Source: Flavobacteriales bacterium (GTDB lineage: Bacteria > Bacteroidota > Bacteroidia > Flavobacteriales_D > CAJJDF01). Taken from it: DNA of 64,000 nucleotides. Below the pieces are notes generated by a model, which was given only the letters and a program-made list of their open reading frames with translations, ran no database searches and was not told the DNA's origin. The stretch is taken from NCBI GenBank assembly GCA_020630395.1, contig JAHDBM010000001.1, positions 5,511 to 69,510 of the forward strand. Direction: 5' to 3'. Below, one piece after another: positions 39,058 through 50,180 of the stretch (within the stretch, counting starts at the first letter, position 1; each line of letters begins with the position of its first letter). The translations under genes and the position numbers were made by a program.

Positions 39058-40563
39058 TTAATTATACTGTAATTTATTAATATAGAAAATACGTCTTTTT
39101 CGTTTTACTTTGCTGTTTTTAGTATTCTTAATTTTTTGTGTACCATACATAATAAAAAAGTTATCATACCAGTATTCCATACTAGAAGTTGTCCATTTTT
39201 GTTTATCACCCTCTGTATTAGTTTCTACTATTTCTTCTTCGGTATTATTAAGTATTTCTCCTTTTAAATCAATTGATATTGACTTAATATACTTGCCACT
39301 GGCAAAAGCCATATTTATCGACTCATTATTCTCTTCTTGGATTTTAATAAACTTCTTTACATAAAATGGCTTATATGCTACCCACATTTCAATCACTTGA
39401 TCCCATAGCAAATCCCCTTTCTTATTAAAGCCTGCTATAACAGCATGAGAATATTGGTATCCATCAAAAACTTGTCTTGTAGTTGTTGTAACTTGACCAT
39501 TAGCTCCAGTTGTTCTAACAAACTCTGTCCTATAAGTAGGGTAATAAGCCTCTCCTACATATACATATTGATTTTCATAAGGGATAATATCATGGCCAAT
39601 CATTCTATAATTGACTGAAAAAGATTTACCCTTTTTCTCTTTTCTCTTCTTTTTCTTTTCTATTCTCTTTTGCTTTTTTTCTGGTAAATAGTTTAAGAAA
39701 TTCTTAAACGAAAGAAAGTCGTAAGTTTTAAAAAAATCTACCTTATCATTAGTTTTCTTTATGAAAAACAAACCTTGAGACAACCCTTTGTACTTCTCGC
39801 TATAAGTGCCAGTGTAACAGTAACTTTTATCCTTTTTGATATAACTTACTGATGCATTAGAAAGACTAAAGTCTTTATTTTCATTAAGTATAAAACGCTC
39901 TTCTTTTTTACCATACTCATCTAAAACCTGAACAGTATACTTATTCTTTTTTCTTCTTTTTTGCCAATCATTAATAAATAAAAAAGCTTTTTTATTTGCT
40001 ATTGTAATATTAGCAACTGAAGATCTTTTTAAATTATCTGTATCAATTGTTAAAACACTTTGATTTCCAAAACTTGTATTTACAGTAAAGGCAAATAACT
40101 TTCGTTTTAATGAACCCGCAAAAATTAACTCTTCTCCAACAACTTCTAATTCTTGTAAAGAAAATTTCTTTGGAATTTCTATTTCAAGTTCAGTAACCTC
40201 TAGTGTTTGTTTATCAATTTTAACTAAGCGAGAAATTCTACGAAAAGTTGATTTGGAAAAAAGTCCATAAAAATAGTTGTCGTCCCATATAAATTTACTT
40301 AAGTATTTAGCGTCTTTTAACGATACTGTTTTGGTTCTTTCAAGTTTAAGACTAGATGTATATTCATCTATTTTCCAATTAGCTTCGTTTTTAGCATCTA
40401 TATTCTCTCTAGCAATTAAAAAAAAGCCATATTTACTGTTAGGAATAACCTGTTCTTGGGCAAAACCATCTTTTAAATCAAACTCTAATCTTGCTGCTGT
40501 TTTCACTTGGCCATAACCAAATGAAAACATTACAAGTAATAAACATGCTAAAAAACACTTCAT
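39058..40563 (-). CDS. Hypothetical exported protein (beta-propeller-like)
   Basis: Signal peptide, EAYYPTY, FDGYQYSHAV, YWYDNFFIMYGTQ. Confidence 0.7.
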   Translation of the reverse strand: MKCFLACLLLVMFSFGYGQVKTAARLEFDLKDGFAQEQVIPNSKYGFFLIARENIDAKNEANWKIDEYTSSLKLERTKTVSLKDAKYLSKFIWDDNYFYGLFSKSTFRRISRLVKIDKQTLEVTELEIEIPKKFSLQELEVVGEELIFAGSLKRKLFAFTVNTSFGNQSVLTIDTDNLKRSSVANITIANKKAFLFINDWQKRRKKNKYTVQVLDEYGKKEERFILNENKDFSLSNASVSYIKKDKSYCYTGTYSEKYKGLSQGLFFIKKTNDKVDFFKTYDFLSFKNFLNYLPEKKQKRIEKKKKRKEKKGKSFSVNYRMIGHDIIPYENQYVYVGEAYYPTYRTEFVRTTGANGQVTTTTRQVFDGYQYSHAVIAGFNKKGDLLWDQVIEMWVAYKPFYVKKFIKIQEENNESINMAFASGKYIKSISIDLKGEILNNTEEEIVETNTEGDKQKWTTSSMEYWYDNFFIMYGTQKIKNTKNSKVKRKRRIFYINKLQYN

Positions 40564-40567
40564 TATC

Positions 40568-42193
40568 TTAACCTAAAAATGGATAACGATAATCAGTAGC
40601 TGGAACAAAAGTTTCTTTAATTGTTCTTGGAGAAATCCATCTTAATAAATTTAAATGAGATCCTGCTTTATCATTTGTTCCAGATCCTCTAGCTCCTCCA
40701 AATGGTTGTTGACCTACTACAGCTCCTGTTGGTTTATCATTAATGTAAAAGTTACCTGCAGCATTTTCTAATTTTTTACATGCTAATTCAACCGCATATC
40801 TATCTTTAGCAAAAATAGAACCTGTTAATGCATACTCAGATGTTTGGTCTACCATATCCAATACCTCTTCAAAATCAGATGGATTATATTCATATATCGT
40901 GATTACTGGTCCAAAAATTTCTTCACACATAGTTCTAAATTTAGGATTAGTTGTTAAAACAACTGTAGGCTCAATAAAGTAACCTTTCGCTTTATCATAA
41001 TTACCTCCTACTAAAATTTGTGCATCATCTTGCTCTTTTATATAATCAATATATACTGCTATTCGATCAAATGCAGGCTCATCAATTACTGCTGTAATAA
41101 AATTGCCAAAATCTTCGGGAGATCCCTGTTTAAATGATTTAACATCTTCTACCACATAACCCAATACTTCTTTACTGATATTTGTTGGTAAATATGCCCT
41201 AGAGGCAGCTGAACATTTTTGCCCTTGAAATTCAAAAGCTCCTCTAGAAATAGCTGTAGCTACTTCTTTTGCGTTAGATGACTCATGAACCATTATAAAA
41301 TCCTTACCCCCTGTTTCTCCAACTATTCTTGGGTATGTTCTATACTTATCAATATTGTTTCCTATGGTTTTCCATAAATGTTTAAACACTTTGGTAGAAC
41401 CTGTAAAATGTAAACCTGCAAAATCTGGATGATTAAACACAACATCTCCAGCTACAGGACCATCAACTGTAACCATATTTATAACACCATCTGGCAAACC
41501 AGCTTCTTTAAATAACTCCATAATTACATGAGCAGAATAAACTTGACTATCAGCTGGTTTCCAAACCACTACATTTCCTAACATTGCAGGGGCAGCACAA
41601 AGGTTAGCTGCAATAGCCGTAAAATTAAATGGAGTAATAGCAAAAATAAATCCTTCAAGAGGTCTATATTCTAATCTATTCCATATGCCAGAAGCAGAAT
41701 CAGGTTGCTCCATATATATTTGTTGCATGTAAGCAACATTTAATTTTAAGAAATCTATTAATTCACAAGCAGCATCAATTTCAGCTTGAAAACATGTTTT
41801 AGATTGAGCTAACATAGTAGCAGCATTCATTCTAGCTCTGTAAGGACCTGCTAAAAGATCTGCTGCTTTTAAAAAAATTGCAGCTCTTTGATGCCAAGGT
41901 AAATTAGACCAAGCTTCTTTAGCATTTAATGCAGCTTGTATAGCTTGCTTTACATGCGAAGCGTCTCCTTCATAAAAATGACCTATTATATGACCATGAT
42001 CGTGAGGTGGTGATAGTGTTTTCTTCTTATTAGTAGTTAATTCTTTATCTCCAATATACAATGGAACTTCAACTTGTTCATTGTACATTTTTTTATATGT
42101 ACTAATTAACTCTTCTCTCTCTTTACTCCCAGGAGCATAACTGTTAACAGGTTCGTTATCGTTAAACGGTACATTAAAAAATCCTTTAGCCAT
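40568..42193 (-). CDS. pruA: L-glutamate gamma-semialdehyde (P5C) dehydrogenase
   Basis: NEPV, PFNFTAI, FTGS, GETGGK, GQKCSA, EEIFGP. Confidence 0.95.
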   Translation of the reverse strand: MAKGFFNVPFNDNEPVNSYAPGSKEREELISTYKKMYNEQVEVPLYIGDKELTTNKKKTLSPPHDHGHIIGHFYEGDASHVKQAIQAALNAKEAWSNLPWHQRAAIFLKAADLLAGPYRARMNAATMLAQSKTCFQAEIDAACELIDFLKLNVAYMQQIYMEQPDSASGIWNRLEYRPLEGFIFAITPFNFTAIAANLCAAPAMLGNVVVWKPADSQVYSAHVIMELFKEAGLPDGVINMVTVDGPVAGDVVFNHPDFAGLHFTGSTKVFKHLWKTIGNNIDKYRTYPRIVGETGGKDFIMVHESSNAKEVATAISRGAFEFQGQKCSAASRAYLPTNISKEVLGYVVEDVKSFKQGSPEDFGNFITAVIDEPAFDRIAVYIDYIKEQDDAQILVGGNYDKAKGYFIEPTVVLTTNPKFRTMCEEIFGPVITIYEYNPSDFEEVLDMVDQTSEYALTGSIFAKDRYAVELACKKLENAAGNFYINDKPTGAVVGQQPFGGARGSGTNDKAGSHLNLLRWISPRTIKETFVPATDYRYPFLG

Positions 42194-42395
42194 TATAATT
42201 TAATTGTTTATTTATTAGATATCCTTAAAAATACAGAAACATGTACGAGCATAAAAATATTTAACTAAAAAGCTATTCCTAAAACCAACATTCATGTACT
42301 TTAAAGTTAGTTTTATGCATTTCACAAATTTGTTAAATATTATAAACATCATCAATCTTCTTTTTTTGTATGTTTATAAGAATACTAATAAAACT

Positions 42396-42423
42396 ATAAC
42401 CTTTTAGTAGGTAAACTCGTATA
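42396..42423 (+). promoter_or_regulatory. ECF-sigma-type promoter
   Basis: ATAACC-N16-CGTATA, 23 nt upstream of the ATG. Confidence 0.5.
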
Positions 42424-42446
42424 AATGTTCGCTAATCTGGCTCTCT

Positions 42447-45400
42447 ATGAAAACACTTACATTACTTCTATTTCTTAATTTATTTTTACTTCCTAATATT
42501 ATTTCAAGTCAATGTAACACTATTTATGTTGCTCCTGGGATATTAGCTGCAACACCTGGTACCAAAGCTAACCCAGCCAACTTAAACCATGCAATTAATA
42601 CGCTTGCAGCACCTGGAGATCATATTAAAATTGCCACTGGTACATATAATATTATTAGCCCTATTACAGGTATTCCTAATGACATTACATTAGAAGGAGG
42701 GTTTGACTTATCTAATAATTGGGAAAAAACCTCCTTAACTGGAGCTTCTACTATATATAGAACAAATGCTAATATTCAAAGTAGTGGAACTCCTATTGCT
42801 AGGTTATCTGCTTTTGAATTAACAGGAACAAGTGGTTTTAGACTTCAAGACTTAACAATAGAGGTTGAAGATGCTCCTACTTCATCAACTTATGGTATAT
42901 CAACTTACGGCTTACACCTTAACAATTGCTCTAATTATAACATTGTAAGATGTCAAATTATTGCCGGAAATGCATCTGATGGTGCAAATGGAGTTAATGG
43001 AACTACAGGTGCATGGGGTAATACAGGATGGAATGGTTCTACAGGCCAAGATGATTCTAAAACAAAAATTGATGGTGGACGAGGTGGATCTGGTGGTGGT
43101 GGAACTAGTGGTGGAGCAGCTGGACAAGGAAGAACAAATGAAAACCCTGGTTTACCTGGAGGAATAGGAAGCACAGCTTCAACCTACCGTAATGGTGGTG
43201 GAGGTGGTGGAGGTGGCGGAGGTGGCCGAGAAGATCAACATGGTGGAAATGGTGGAAATGGTGGTGGAGTTCCAGGACTAGCAAGTTGCGCTACAATAAA
43301 TACTAGAAGTGCTGTAACATCAGGAGGAGCAAGAGGTCTAGAGGATGGATGTAATTCTGCATCAGCCACTGGATGTGTAGCTGGTTTATCTGGAACTGAT
43401 GGAGGTGACGGTTTAGATGGTGCTGATGGCTGTGATGGTACGAACGGAACCGTAGGTAGTAAGTCTGTTTTTTGGAATGCAGGAACTCAAGGCGCTAGCG
43501 GTACACATGGACAAGGTGGACAAGGTGGAAAAGGTGGCGGAGGTGGTGCCGGAGAAGGTGGTGGTGGATGTAATAATGGAACTGGTGCTGGCGGAGGTGG
43601 CGGAGGTGGCGGAGGCCAAGGTGGAGCTTTAGGAACAGGTGGTTATGGCGCAGGTAGTTCATATCCTGTTTATTTACATGCTAATGGAAGCAATGGTGTT
43701 TTCGATCAATGTTTATTAACCAATGGTACAGCTGGTGATGGTGGTACTGGAGGAACTGGTGGTAATGGTGGATTAGGAAGAAATGGTGGTAATGGAGGAA
43801 GTGTTGTTATTGATTTTGAAGTAGGTTGTGGTGGAGATGGTGGAAGAGGTGGAGATGGCGGAAAAGGTGGAGATGGTGGAGATGGAACTGATGGTGAAAC
43901 ATTACCTATTTACATAAACGGAACTTCGCTTACAACACAAAATACAGGATTTAATTTAGCTGCACAGCCGGTCATTAAAGTATCTGAAGAAATTTGTGCT
44001 GGTCAAACTGTTGCATACACTGCTGCTAGTTCGGCAAGTTGGTCTTTGGGTGCTGGGTCAATACCAGCTTCAATTACATCAGATACTGCTGAAGTAATCT
44101 ATGCTAATACTGGAAGAAAAGATATCACCTATTTTTCTCAAACATATACCGGTTTCGGATATATCTCAACCGAATCTCCTGATCTTGCTAATGCAGGTGT
44201 GGATTCAGTTATATGTGGAACCTCAATTAACTTATACGGAAATACTCCTTCTCAAGGTACAGGAACATGGACAAGATTAACCATTGGATCCCCAATATTA
44301 ACTCCTAATAGCCCTTCTGCCAATGTTTCGTTAATATCAGGCCTAAATCGATTTGTATGGACAATTTCTTATGGAGCTTGCTGTCCAGACACCAAAGATA
44401 CTGTGGATATTATATCTCAAACTCCAAGCACATCCCCAAGTAGCATTAACGCGACAAACGATTCAGTTTGTGTTGGAGATTCAACTGTTTTAACCATAAG
44501 TGGTGGCTCATTAGGGGCAGGAGCAGTTTGGAACTGGTACTCAGGTTCATGTGGTGGTTCTTTAATTGGAACAGGTACTAGTATTACCGTTTTCCCTGTT
44601 TCTTCAGCAACTTATTATGTAAGGGCTGAGGGACCTTGTGATACTTCCTCTTGTGCAAGTACTCTTATATATGTGTACCCTCCTTTATCGGCTCCAACAG
44701 GAATAACATCCTCTGCTGATACTATGTGTGCTGGAGGTAGTCCTATAATGTTAACAGCTCAAGGAACTACTCCTACTCCACCTGCTCAGTGGGTGTGGTA
44801 TGTTGATTCTTGTGGTGGAAGTGCAATTGGTACTGGAACTAGTATTTTTGTTTCTCCAACTCAAGACACCACATATTTTGTTAGAGTAGAAACACCTGGA
44901 ACTGCTTCTTGTGCCGTAACAAATTGTGTTTCTAAATCAATTAAATTTGCCCAACAATCTACTGTTCCAACATCATTAACAGCAAGTGATGATACTGTTT
45001 GTTCAGGAGCACCAACAACTTTAAAGATACAAGGTGGTTCTTTAGGTGCAGGTGCGCAATGGGTTTGGTATAGCGGAAGTTGTGGTGGCACGCTAGTAGC
45101 ACAAGGAATAGCTGATTCGTTAATTGTATATCCTACTAGTAACACGAATTACTACGTTAGAGCTGAAGGTGCATGTAATACAACAAGCTGTGTAAACATC
45201 TCAATAACAGTAACACAATCATCAATTCCTGCTACAGGTATTACTTCTCTAAATGACACAATATGTAATGGTGGCATAGGTACTTCTTTAACTGTTCAAG
45301 GTGGTACGTTAGCTCCAACTGCAAACTGGTATTGGTATACTGATTCTTGTAACGGAACTTCATTTGCTACCGGAACTGGCGTTATTGTTAATCCAACTAT

Positions 45401-46511
45401 TACTACTAATTATTTTGTAAGAGCAGAATCTCCAGGAACAGGTCCTTGTACCAAAACACTTTGTGTAACAAAAACCATAGTTGTTATTAACCCAGACACG
45501 AATGCTACAGCTATTACAGCTACTAAAGATTCGATTTGTCCTGGAGAAACAGTTACACTTAGACCACAAGGTGGAGGATTAGGAAATATGGGTACTTGGG
45601 CATGGTACGAAGGTTCGTGTGGTGGCACACTAGTTGGAAATTTAGACTCTTTAGTGGTTTCTCCAACTGTGACAACTACATATTACTTAAGAACAGAAGG
45701 ATATTGTGGAACTTCTACTTGTTTAATTCAACAAATATATGTTGAGCCTATTTCTACACCAGCTGATTCTATTACAGCTACTGATACTATAATTTGTCGA
45801 AATGATTCAACTACACTTACCATTAATGGAGGTGGGTTAATTACTGGAGATCAGTGGCAATGGTACGAATCATCATGTGGAGGAATACCAGTTGGATCAG
45901 GAACAAGCATTACGGTTGCTCCAACAACAAATACAACTTACTTTGTAAGAGCTGAAGGAGCAAGTTGTATTCCAACTACCTGTGTTAGTATAATTATACA
46001 AGTAGAAGGAGCATTTGTTACTTTACTTCCATTTGATACAATTTGTGGGGTTTTACAACCTATAACTTTAATTCAAGGAATTCCTTCTGGAGGTACTTAT
46101 TCTGGCACAGGTGTCACTAGTCCAGATCAATTTGATCCAGTTGCATCAGGATATGGACTTCACATTATAACATACACCTACACTGATGTAGCGAGTGGTT
46201 GTATCCAAACCGCTAGAGACACTCTGTTAGTTGAATCTAGCTGTGCTAGCATAGACAATGTATTAAAAGTAAATACATTCTCACCAAATGGAGATGGAAC
46301 TAACGATACTTGGAACCTCAACTTAGGTAATGTAACAACATCTACATTAAAGATATTTAATAAATATGGTGCTGTAATATACCTATCACAAGAAAGACTC
46401 ATACAATGGGATGGAACATACCAAGGTAAACCTCTACCTGCTGGATCTTATTTTTATTTATTAGAAGCAGATGATGAAACTTATAAAGGAAACATTACCA
46501 TTATTAGATAA
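42447..46511 (+). CDS. Large surface protein: beta-helix-like head with Gly-rich insert, six Cys-containing Ig-like repeats, T9SS type B CTD
   Basis: GDHIKIATGTY, long GGxGGx tracts, six W.WY..SC.G...Y[YF][VL]R.E repeats, NTFSPNGDGTND...WDGTY. Confidence 0.88.
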   Translation: MKTLTLLLFLNLFLLPNIISSQCNTIYVAPGILAATPGTKANPANLNHAINTLAAPGDHIKIATGTYNIISPITGIPNDITLEGGFDLSNNWEKTSLTGASTIYRTNANIQSSGTPIARLSAFELTGTSGFRLQDLTIEVEDAPTSSTYGISTYGLHLNNCSNYNIVRCQIIAGNASDGANGVNGTTGAWGNTGWNGSTGQDDSKTKIDGGRGGSGGGGTSGGAAGQGRTNENPGLPGGIGSTASTYRNGGGGGGGGGGGREDQHGGNGGNGGGVPGLASCATINTRSAVTSGGARGLEDGCNSASATGCVAGLSGTDGGDGLDGADGCDGTNGTVGSKSVFWNAGTQGASGTHGQGGQGGKGGGGGAGEGGGGCNNGTGAGGGGGGGGGQGGALGTGGYGAGSSYPVYLHANGSNGVFDQCLLTNGTAGDGGTGGTGGNGGLGRNGGNGGSVVIDFEVGCGGDGGRGGDGGKGGDGGDGTDGETLPIYINGTSLTTQNTGFNLAAQPVIKVSEEICAGQTVAYTAASSASWSLGAGSIPASITSDTAEVIYANTGRKDITYFSQTYTGFGYISTESPDLANAGVDSVICGTSINLYGNTPSQGTGTWTRLTIGSPILTPNSPSANVSLISGLNRFVWTISYGACCPDTKDTVDIISQTPSTSPSSINATNDSVCVGDSTVLTISGGSLGAGAVWNWYSGSCGGSLIGTGTSITVFPVSSATYYVRAEGPCDTSSCASTLIYVYPPLSAPTGITSSADTMCAGGSPIMLTAQGTTPTPPAQWVWYVDSCGGSAIGTGTSIFVSPTQDTTYFVRVETPGTASCAVTNCVSKSIKFAQQSTVPTSLTASDDTVCSGAPTTLKIQGGSLGAGAQWVWYSGSCGGTLVAQGIADSLIVYPTSNTNYYVRAEGACNTTSCVNISITVTQSSIPATGITSLNDTICNGGIGTSLTVQGGTLAPTANWYWYTDSCNGTSFATGTGVIVNPTITTNYFVRAESPGTGPCTKTLCVTKTIVVINPDTNATAITATKDSICPGETVTLRPQGGGLGNMGTWAWYEGSCGGTLVGNLDSLVVSPTVTTTYYLRTEGYCGTSTCLIQQIYVEPISTPADSITATDTIICRNDSTTLTINGGGLITGDQWQWYESSCGGIPVGSGTSITVAPTTNTTYFVRAEGASCIPTTCVSIIIQVEGAFVTLLPFDTICGVLQPITLIQGIPSGGTYSGTGVTSPDQFDPVASGYGLHIITYTYTDVASGCIQTARDTLLVESSCASIDNVLKVNTFSPNGDGTNDTWNLNLGNVTTSTLKIFNKYGAVIYLSQERLIQWDGTYQGKPLPAGSYFYLLEADDETYKGNITIIR

Positions 46512-46529
46512 ACAAGAACACACTATATT

Positions 46530-47468
46530 ATGAAAAGAATTATTATCACCACTATATTACTTTCTTGTTTTGAGATCGTAACTGGGCAACAAGTAATTGA
46601 AAGTAGTCAGTACATGAATAATGACTATGCTTTTAATTCGGCTGTTGCAGGATCAAAATCTAATCTTAGAGTAAGCCTAGGCGCTAGAAAGCAATGGGTA
46701 GGTTTTGAATCATCTCCTGCTGTTCAAAACTTAACGTTTCAAGGTCGTGTTGCAAAAAGCATTGGTCTTGGAGCGCAGGTTTATAATGATTCTTGGGGCT
46801 TAAGTAGAAGAACTGGTGTAAATTTAGGTGTAAACTATATATTACCTGTTTCAAATAGTATTGATTTATCTTTTGGGTTATCGGCTACATTAAATCAATT
46901 TAGTATAAATAGAGAAAAAATTGTTACTGAAGTACCTGATGATGCTGCGGTATATGATGGGTTACAAAATCAATTGTTTCCAGATGCTGGTTTTAGCGTA
47001 TATTTAAGTGCTAGTAATTTTTATGCTGGAGCATCTATGCTTAATCTAATTGAAATTAAAAATGATCTAGTGAATAGTATAGCGAGTAATAATTATTTAA
47101 ATAGAAAAATATATGCTATTGCAGGTGCAAATTTTGATGCCGGTAATACTGTTGTATTAGAACCTTCTATTATTTTTGGATATAACTTTAATGGTACTCC
47201 AGAACTACAAGCAGATTTAAAAGCTAATTTTAAAAGCACATTTTGGATTGGTGCAGGATATAGAAATGGTGATGCTGTAATTGCCCAAGCGGGAGTTTAC
47301 TTGCAAAACTTTACTATTGGATATTCATTTGACTACACTATTTCAACTTTAAAAAATGCCTTGGGTGGTGGTTCACACGAACTTTTTGTAGCTTTTGACA
47401 TTGTTAAAAACGATAAAAAATCATCTTGGTTTAAACGTAATAGAATTTACAATCAAAATAGAAGGTAA
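46530..47468 (+). CDS. PorP/SprF family T9SS membrane protein
   Basis: SQYM.N...N.A.AG, RKQWVG...SP, GYSFD, GSHE. Directly after type B CTD cargo. Confidence 0.9.
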   Translation: MKRIIITTILLSCFEIVTGQQVIESSQYMNNDYAFNSAVAGSKSNLRVSLGARKQWVGFESSPAVQNLTFQGRVAKSIGLGAQVYNDSWGLSRRTGVNLGVNYILPVSNSIDLSFGLSATLNQFSINREKIVTEVPDDAAVYDGLQNQLFPDAGFSVYLSASNFYAGASMLNLIEIKNDLVNSIASNNYLNRKIYAIAGANFDAGNTVVLEPSIIFGYNFNGTPELQADLKANFKSTFWIGAGYRNGDAVIAQAGVYLQNFTIGYSFDYTISTLKNALGGGSHELFVAFDIVKNDKKSSWFKRNRIYNQNRR

Positions 47469-47507
47469 TTTATTATTGAACTTAACGTTACATTTATAAA
47501 TCATTAA

Positions 47508-50177
47508 ATGAATAAATTTTTACCTCTAGCCTTTTTAATCGGGCTTATATTATCGAATGTTATTGGAAATAGCCAAACCAATGTAGCCAATGAATTATAT
47601 GATAATTATGAGTTTAGAAATGCTATAAAGTATTACGAAAAAGCTCAGCCTTTAAAAGAAGCTGAATTAAGAAAACTAGCTGAGTGTTATTTCTTTATTC
47701 ACGATTATGATGGTGCTGAAAAAACCTATCGTACCATAATTGACAAAGGAAGGATTGAACCAATTGATTATCTAAAGTTTGGCGAAGCACTTAAAAACAA
47801 TAAGCATTACGCAGAGGCTAATACCTACTTTTTAAAATATCAAGATGAGTTCCCACAAGACGCTTATGTATCAGATTTAATAAAAGGCACAGGATTTCTA
47901 GAACGAAAAAAACTAAATGTAGATCGATATGAAGTGGTTAATTTTAAGAAAATTAATTCAAGAGCGGCTAACTTTTATAGTAAAACATATAAAAGTAAAC
48001 TCATTTACATTACTGAAATTGTATCTGCTAAAGAGGGTGCACAGTTAAAATACGACAGTACTGATGATTTAGACATATTGGATTACGGCACTTCATTACG
48101 TCCTCATGCTCAGCTTTATATGATCGATTTAAAAACGGGCAGAAAAGCTCCTTTTACCACAGAAACTAAGTTCCACATGGGAGCATTTGATATAGATTTT
48201 GATAACGAAGAAATTTACTTCACCAAAATTGATATCACTGAAAAATGGAAAAAAGGAAGTAAAATACCTCAAATTTTTAAAGGAAAAATCGATTTAGAAA
48301 GCTACACAATAACAAGTATTAAAGCTATTGATATACCTGGTTTCTCAAAAAAAGATGCTATTGGTCATCCTGCTTTAAGTATTGATAAAAAACATTTATA
48401 TTTTTCTGCGCAAATGGAAGAAGGGTATGGTGGTTTTGATATATATGTTTCTACTTTAAGCGAAGACAATAAATGGAGTGAACCTATTAATCTAGGATCT
48501 AATGTAAATTCATCTGGCGAAGAGTATTTCCCTACAATAATGGATTCAAATTATCTTTATTTTTCATCAGATGGAAGAATTGGGTACGGTAATCAAGATA
48601 TATATAAAAACAGATTAAAGGACCCTAAAACTCCTACTGAATCACAAATTTTGCAATGGCCCATTAATTCCTTTGCTGATGATTTTGGTTTTGTTTACAA
48701 TAACAAAAATCATACTGGCTTCCTAACCTCTAATCGATACGGAGGAATGGGTGATGATGACCTTTACACCATTAAACTTAAAAAGCTTACCATTAAAGGG
48801 GTAGTTAGAGATATTCATGGAAATCCTGTTGAAGGTGCTATCGTAAAACTATACGATAAAGAAGGAAATTTAGTAGCTGAAACAACAACTGATAAAGATG
48901 GAAGCTACCGTTTTGATGTTGATCCAGGAGAGTACGAAGTATCAGTAGAAACTGAAGATGGTTATGTTGCTAAGCGTAAAGTAACAGTAGATGAAAATTG
49001 GAATAGTGACCAAAATTTAGATTTAAATCTTGAAAACAGTGTAGCGGTAATTCAAGGTGTTATAAAAGATAAAAATGGAAAAATTGCCAATCGTGCATTA
49101 GTTAAACTACTAGATGAATATGGATGTGAAGTAGATCAAATGTATACAGGTAAAGATGGTAAATATAAATTTTATGCTGAACCTAATAAACAATATACAG
49201 TAGTCGCTACTATTAATGGACAAGCAGCATCTAAAGACTTAACCGTAGGTAAAGATTGGGATAACAATAAAACTATTGACCTTAATATGGTATCTACACC
49301 TACCACACAAGGATATGTTTACAATGAAGATGGAAGCGCATCTCCATACACTGAAATTAGTATTTATGATGAAAACGGAAAACTCGTTCAAAAATCTAAA
49401 ACTGATGGAGAAGGTCGCTATCAATTTAATTTAGCCGATAACAAAAATTATCAAATTAATGCTCGAAAAAAAGGATACGAAGGAGTTGAAAACATTTACA
49501 CTGGAGAAAATTGGAACAGCAATAAAGATCTAAACATTACTCTTTTCCCTGTTACTACTAAAGCTTATGGATATATACTGGATAAAGAAACTAAAAGACC
49601 AATAAAAAATGTGAAAGTGTTATTAACTGATAATACTACGAAACGAAAATTCGTCACTAAAACAGATGAAAAAGGACGATTTGAACTTAAAATTTCTAAT
49701 AAAAGAAAATATTTAATGAAGCTTGATAAAGCAAAATACTATCCTAAAACTATTGAGGTTAATCCTGATCAAACATGGGGTGACAGTGTTGATTTATCAG
49801 CATTTATGCAACTTAACATGGATTATGCCGGTTATTTAGTAGTAAACATTTATTTTGAACTTGGCTCGTACAAAATAAAAGCAAAATCTCAAGAACAACT
49901 AAACAAGCTAGCTAAAATTTTAGAAGAAACGCCTGAATTAAAACTGCATGTGCGCTCATATGCCGATTGCAGAGGAAGTAAAGAACTTAACGAGCGATTA
50001 ACCCGAAAAAGATCAAAGGCTGTTAAAGATTATTTAGTAAAACAAGGAATTAATAAAAAGCGAATAACAACCGAATCTATGGGAGAGACTAATTTTGTGA
50101 ACAATTGCGTTCGCCCAAGTGATTGTACAGAGACTGAACATGCCCTTAACCGTAGATCGGAATTTGAATTTAGATAA
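47508..50177 (+). CDS. PorE-like OmpA family protein (TPR, PD40, four carboxypeptidase-regulatory repeats, OmpA_C)
   Basis: GYGGFDIY, YFSSDG, NIYFE, ADCRGS..N..L...R, NRRSEF. Confidence 0.88.
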   Translation: MNKFLPLAFLIGLILSNVIGNSQTNVANELYDNYEFRNAIKYYEKAQPLKEAELRKLAECYFFIHDYDGAEKTYRTIIDKGRIEPIDYLKFGEALKNNKHYAEANTYFLKYQDEFPQDAYVSDLIKGTGFLERKKLNVDRYEVVNFKKINSRAANFYSKTYKSKLIYITEIVSAKEGAQLKYDSTDDLDILDYGTSLRPHAQLYMIDLKTGRKAPFTTETKFHMGAFDIDFDNEEIYFTKIDITEKWKKGSKIPQIFKGKIDLESYTITSIKAIDIPGFSKKDAIGHPALSIDKKHLYFSAQMEEGYGGFDIYVSTLSEDNKWSEPINLGSNVNSSGEEYFPTIMDSNYLYFSSDGRIGYGNQDIYKNRLKDPKTPTESQILQWPINSFADDFGFVYNNKNHTGFLTSNRYGGMGDDDLYTIKLKKLTIKGVVRDIHGNPVEGAIVKLYDKEGNLVAETTTDKDGSYRFDVDPGEYEVSVETEDGYVAKRKVTVDENWNSDQNLDLNLENSVAVIQGVIKDKNGKIANRALVKLLDEYGCEVDQMYTGKDGKYKFYAEPNKQYTVVATINGQAASKDLTVGKDWDNNKTIDLNMVSTPTTQGYVYNEDGSASPYTEISIYDENGKLVQKSKTDGEGRYQFNLADNKNYQINARKKGYEGVENIYTGENWNSNKDLNITLFPVTTKAYGYILDKETKRPIKNVKVLLTDNTTKRKFVTKTDEKGRFELKISNKRKYLMKLDKAKYYPKTIEVNPDQTWGDSVDLSAFMQLNMDYAGYLVVNIYFELGSYKIKAKSQEQLNKLAKILEETPELKLHVRSYADCRGSKELNERLTRKRSKAVKDYLVKQGINKKRITTESMGETNFVNNCVRPSDCTETEHALNRRSEFEFR

Positions 50178-50180
50178 GAT

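Noticed and set aside
43080-43890. GGTGGA/GGCGGA microsatellite or G-quadruplex array
   Set aside because: Explained by glycine codons with synonymous variation in an intact ORF.
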